Origin: Anaerolineae bacterium
GTDB lineage: Bacteria > Chloroflexota > Anaerolineae > Aggregatilineales > UBA3940
NCBI GenBank assembly: GCA_016926985.1
Contig: JAFGNO010000093.1
Location: 2,933 to 66,932, forward strand
Length of the DNA: 64,000 nucleotides
Reading direction: 5' to 3'
Made by a program: the position numbers and the translations under genes. Shown here in pieces: positions 62,716-64,000 of this stretch; the stretch's first letter is position 1, and the number at the start of each line of letters is the position of its first letter. The notes under the pieces are model-generated. The model did no database searches. It worked only from the letters and a program-made list of their open reading frames with translations, and was not told the origin of the DNA.

Positions 62716-63108
62716 ATGGCAGAGCATAACGAAGATGTTGGGCAACTCAAGGGAGAGCTGACAGGGGTTCTGAGAGACCTCAAAGACGTTCATCGCATTC
62801 TCCTGGGCAACGGCAGACAGGGCTTGCTGGAGCGCATGATGGGTCTTGAGACCTCTATGGAGGCAACCCAAAGCAGCCTGGACACCGTTTCAGGCCAGCT
62901 TCAGCGTGTCTCGGAGAAGATCGATCTGATCGGGACAAAACTGGACGATCATCTCAAGGACGAAAACCTGCATACAGCCAGGGGCATGTTTCTGCAGAAG
63001 AAAGTGCTGGCAAGCGCCCTGGGCATCATCATCGTCATCAATATTGCCATCGCCGCGGTTGGCTGGCAGAAGCTGGCAGAGATCTTTGTACTGATCGGGC
63101 TCCTGTAG
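62716..63108 (+). CDS. coiled-coil protein with C-terminal TM segments (holin/spanin-like position)
   Basis: 130 aa. VLASALGIIIVINIAIAAVGW and IFVLIGLL at the C-terminus. Confidence 0.4.
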   Translation: MAEHNEDVGQLKGELTGVLRDLKDVHRILLGNGRQGLLERMMGLETSMEATQSSLDTVSGQLQRVSEKIDLIGTKLDDHLKDENLHTARGMFLQKKVLASALGIIIVINIAIAAVGWQKLAEIFVLIGLL

Positions 63109-63146
63109 AAAAAAGGCTCACTGTGCATCGATCGGTGTGGTGAGGT

Positions 63147-63185
63147 AAAAAAAAAGCCCCCCTTAATCGGGGGGACATTTTTTTT
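63147..63185. terminator. bidirectional rho-independent terminator
   Basis: A9-GCCCCCC-ttaatc-GGGGGG-aca-T8. Separates the rightward late genes from the leftward genes. Confidence 0.85.
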
Positions 63186-63396
63186 CGATAACCAGCTTGC
63201 GGGCCATATCCAGCAGCATCAGGATCAATTCGTCGGTGGGTCTTCCAGCGAAAACGACCTCCACGCCGCCGGTCGGGGTGGCTGCGATCGTAATCGCAAC
63301 AGCCGGCTGCTTGATCAGGGCCAGCAGCTGTTCTTCCGTCAGATCCTTGTTTTCAAACAGATCCTGCAGCTGTTGTGTTAAGCCTGGTTTGCCCAT
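63163..63396 (-). CDS. hypothetical protein
   Basis: 77 aa. Its last codons lie inside the terminator stem. Confidence 0.5.
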   Translation of the reverse strand: MGKPGLTQQLQDLFENKDLTEEQLLALIKQPAVAITIAATPTGGVEVVFAGRPTDELILMLLDMARKLVIEKKCPPD

Positions 63397-63456
63397 GTAC
63401 CTCCTCCAAAAGAAAGGGAACCAGGGAAGAGGACGGGCGCCCTCTTCCCTTCTGAT

Positions 63457-64000
63457 TTACTTGCTGCCGTTGCCGTTGTCGTAGGCCATGATTGCCTCGA
63501 CCATTTCGGTCCAGCGCTGAGGTTCAAACCCGGTGATCCCGTTGGCCTTCAGCGCATCAGCGACCATCTGGGCACTCATGCCCCGCTGGGAACCCAATGC
63601 CAGCAGCCCACCCTGGCTGCGATCCTCGGATGCTTCCCGGAGGAGCTGCCGTTCTGCGACTTCCACATCATCCGAGGTGGCTGTTCCGCCGCCGGTGGCA
63701 TACGCCAGCAGTTCTTCCGCCGGGTAATGATCCAGCACCGTACCCACCGGGAACATCTTTCCCAGGGAACCCTGGGCTTTGGTGACCTGGCAGCGGAACG
63801 GGTTCACCGACTGCATGTGCAGGGCAAAGTTGACTTCATAATCCAGACCACGCATGGCATCGATGGTGACGCCTTCCTTGACCAGCTCGGTTCGCCCATT
63901 GTTCTGGCGCTCGACGTACTGATCCTTTTCACGGGTCGTCAGGACCAGGTACTTCACCCCCGGCGCATTCAGCCTGGCATTCAGGCGTTTGAGCGGACGC
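63457..64000 (-). CDS. recombination/replication ATPase C-terminal part (AAA_24/Sak4-like?), 5' end outside the window
   Basis: The frame is open upstream of the GTG at 63957 to the window edge (...RPLKRLNARLNAPGVKYLVLTTREKDQYVE...). Confidence 0.4.
   Translation of the reverse strand, partial: RPLKRLNARLNAPGVKYLVLTTREKDQYVERQNNGRTELVKEGVTIDAMRGLDYEVNFALHMQSVNPFRCQVTKAQGSLGKMFPVGTVLDHYPAEELLAYATGGGTATSDDVEVAERQLLREASEDRSQGGLLALGSQRGMSAQMVADALKANGITGFEPQRWTEMVEAIMAYDNGNGSK

Noticed and set aside
61057-62871. 604-aa ORF antisense to the endolysin gene
   Set aside because: Shadow ORF. It runs through the endolysin stop and the next gene's start.

Overview
GC-rich (about 60% by eye, not computed), gene-dense genome of a temperate siphovirus-type phage or prophage, interrupted by two clearly AT-rich accessory blocks.

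Layout:
- 0.3-6.9 kb: a tyrosine integrase and one long leftward early operon. The operon encodes a ubiquitin-like protein ending in Gly-Gly, an E2-position protein, a JAB/JAMM peptidase, a minimal ThiF-type E1 and a primase. An HTH protein and a RadC-like JAB protein lie alongside.
- 7-18 kb: accessory region. It holds a lipoprotein moron and a Type I R-M remnant (NucS/DUF91-like gene plus an hsdM 5' fragment cut at about 9497). It also holds an AT-rich R-M cassette (REase-like gene, 4Fe-4S protein, two N4/N6 MTases, HTH) and a wHTH-nuclease gene.
- 18-24.9 kb: leftward early/replication genes (RNase HI, SSB, unknowns) with unusually long non-coding stretches.
- 25.3-63.1 kb: rightward late genes. 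Order: holin-like, HNH, TerL, FmdB zinc ribbon, then an ~8 kb AT-rich island, then portal, scaffold, capsid and major tail. These are followed by G/G-T chaperones with an in-register CCCAAAA slip site, a 2120-aa tape measure, tail and fibre proteins, a glycosyltransferase-like gene, an endolysin with SH3b, and a membrane protein.
- Right edge: a leftward recombination-type gene running off the window.

Most notable observations:
1. A phage-borne Ubl / E2-position / JAB / E1 cassette in Bil-like gene order, transcriptionally fused to the primase operon.
2. An 18-bp perfect-palindrome family (consensus GTTTTCGACGTCGAAAAC), with 16 strong copies in the GC-rich backbone and none in the AT-rich islands.
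3. A defence-like AT-rich island in the terL-portal junction, with a 72-bp duplication of the FmdB gene 3' end at its left end. It carries a classical AAA+ ATPase, HEPN proteins and an ABC-ATPase + TOPRIM-like pair.

All functional calls rest on motifs read by eye in the translations. No database search was possible.
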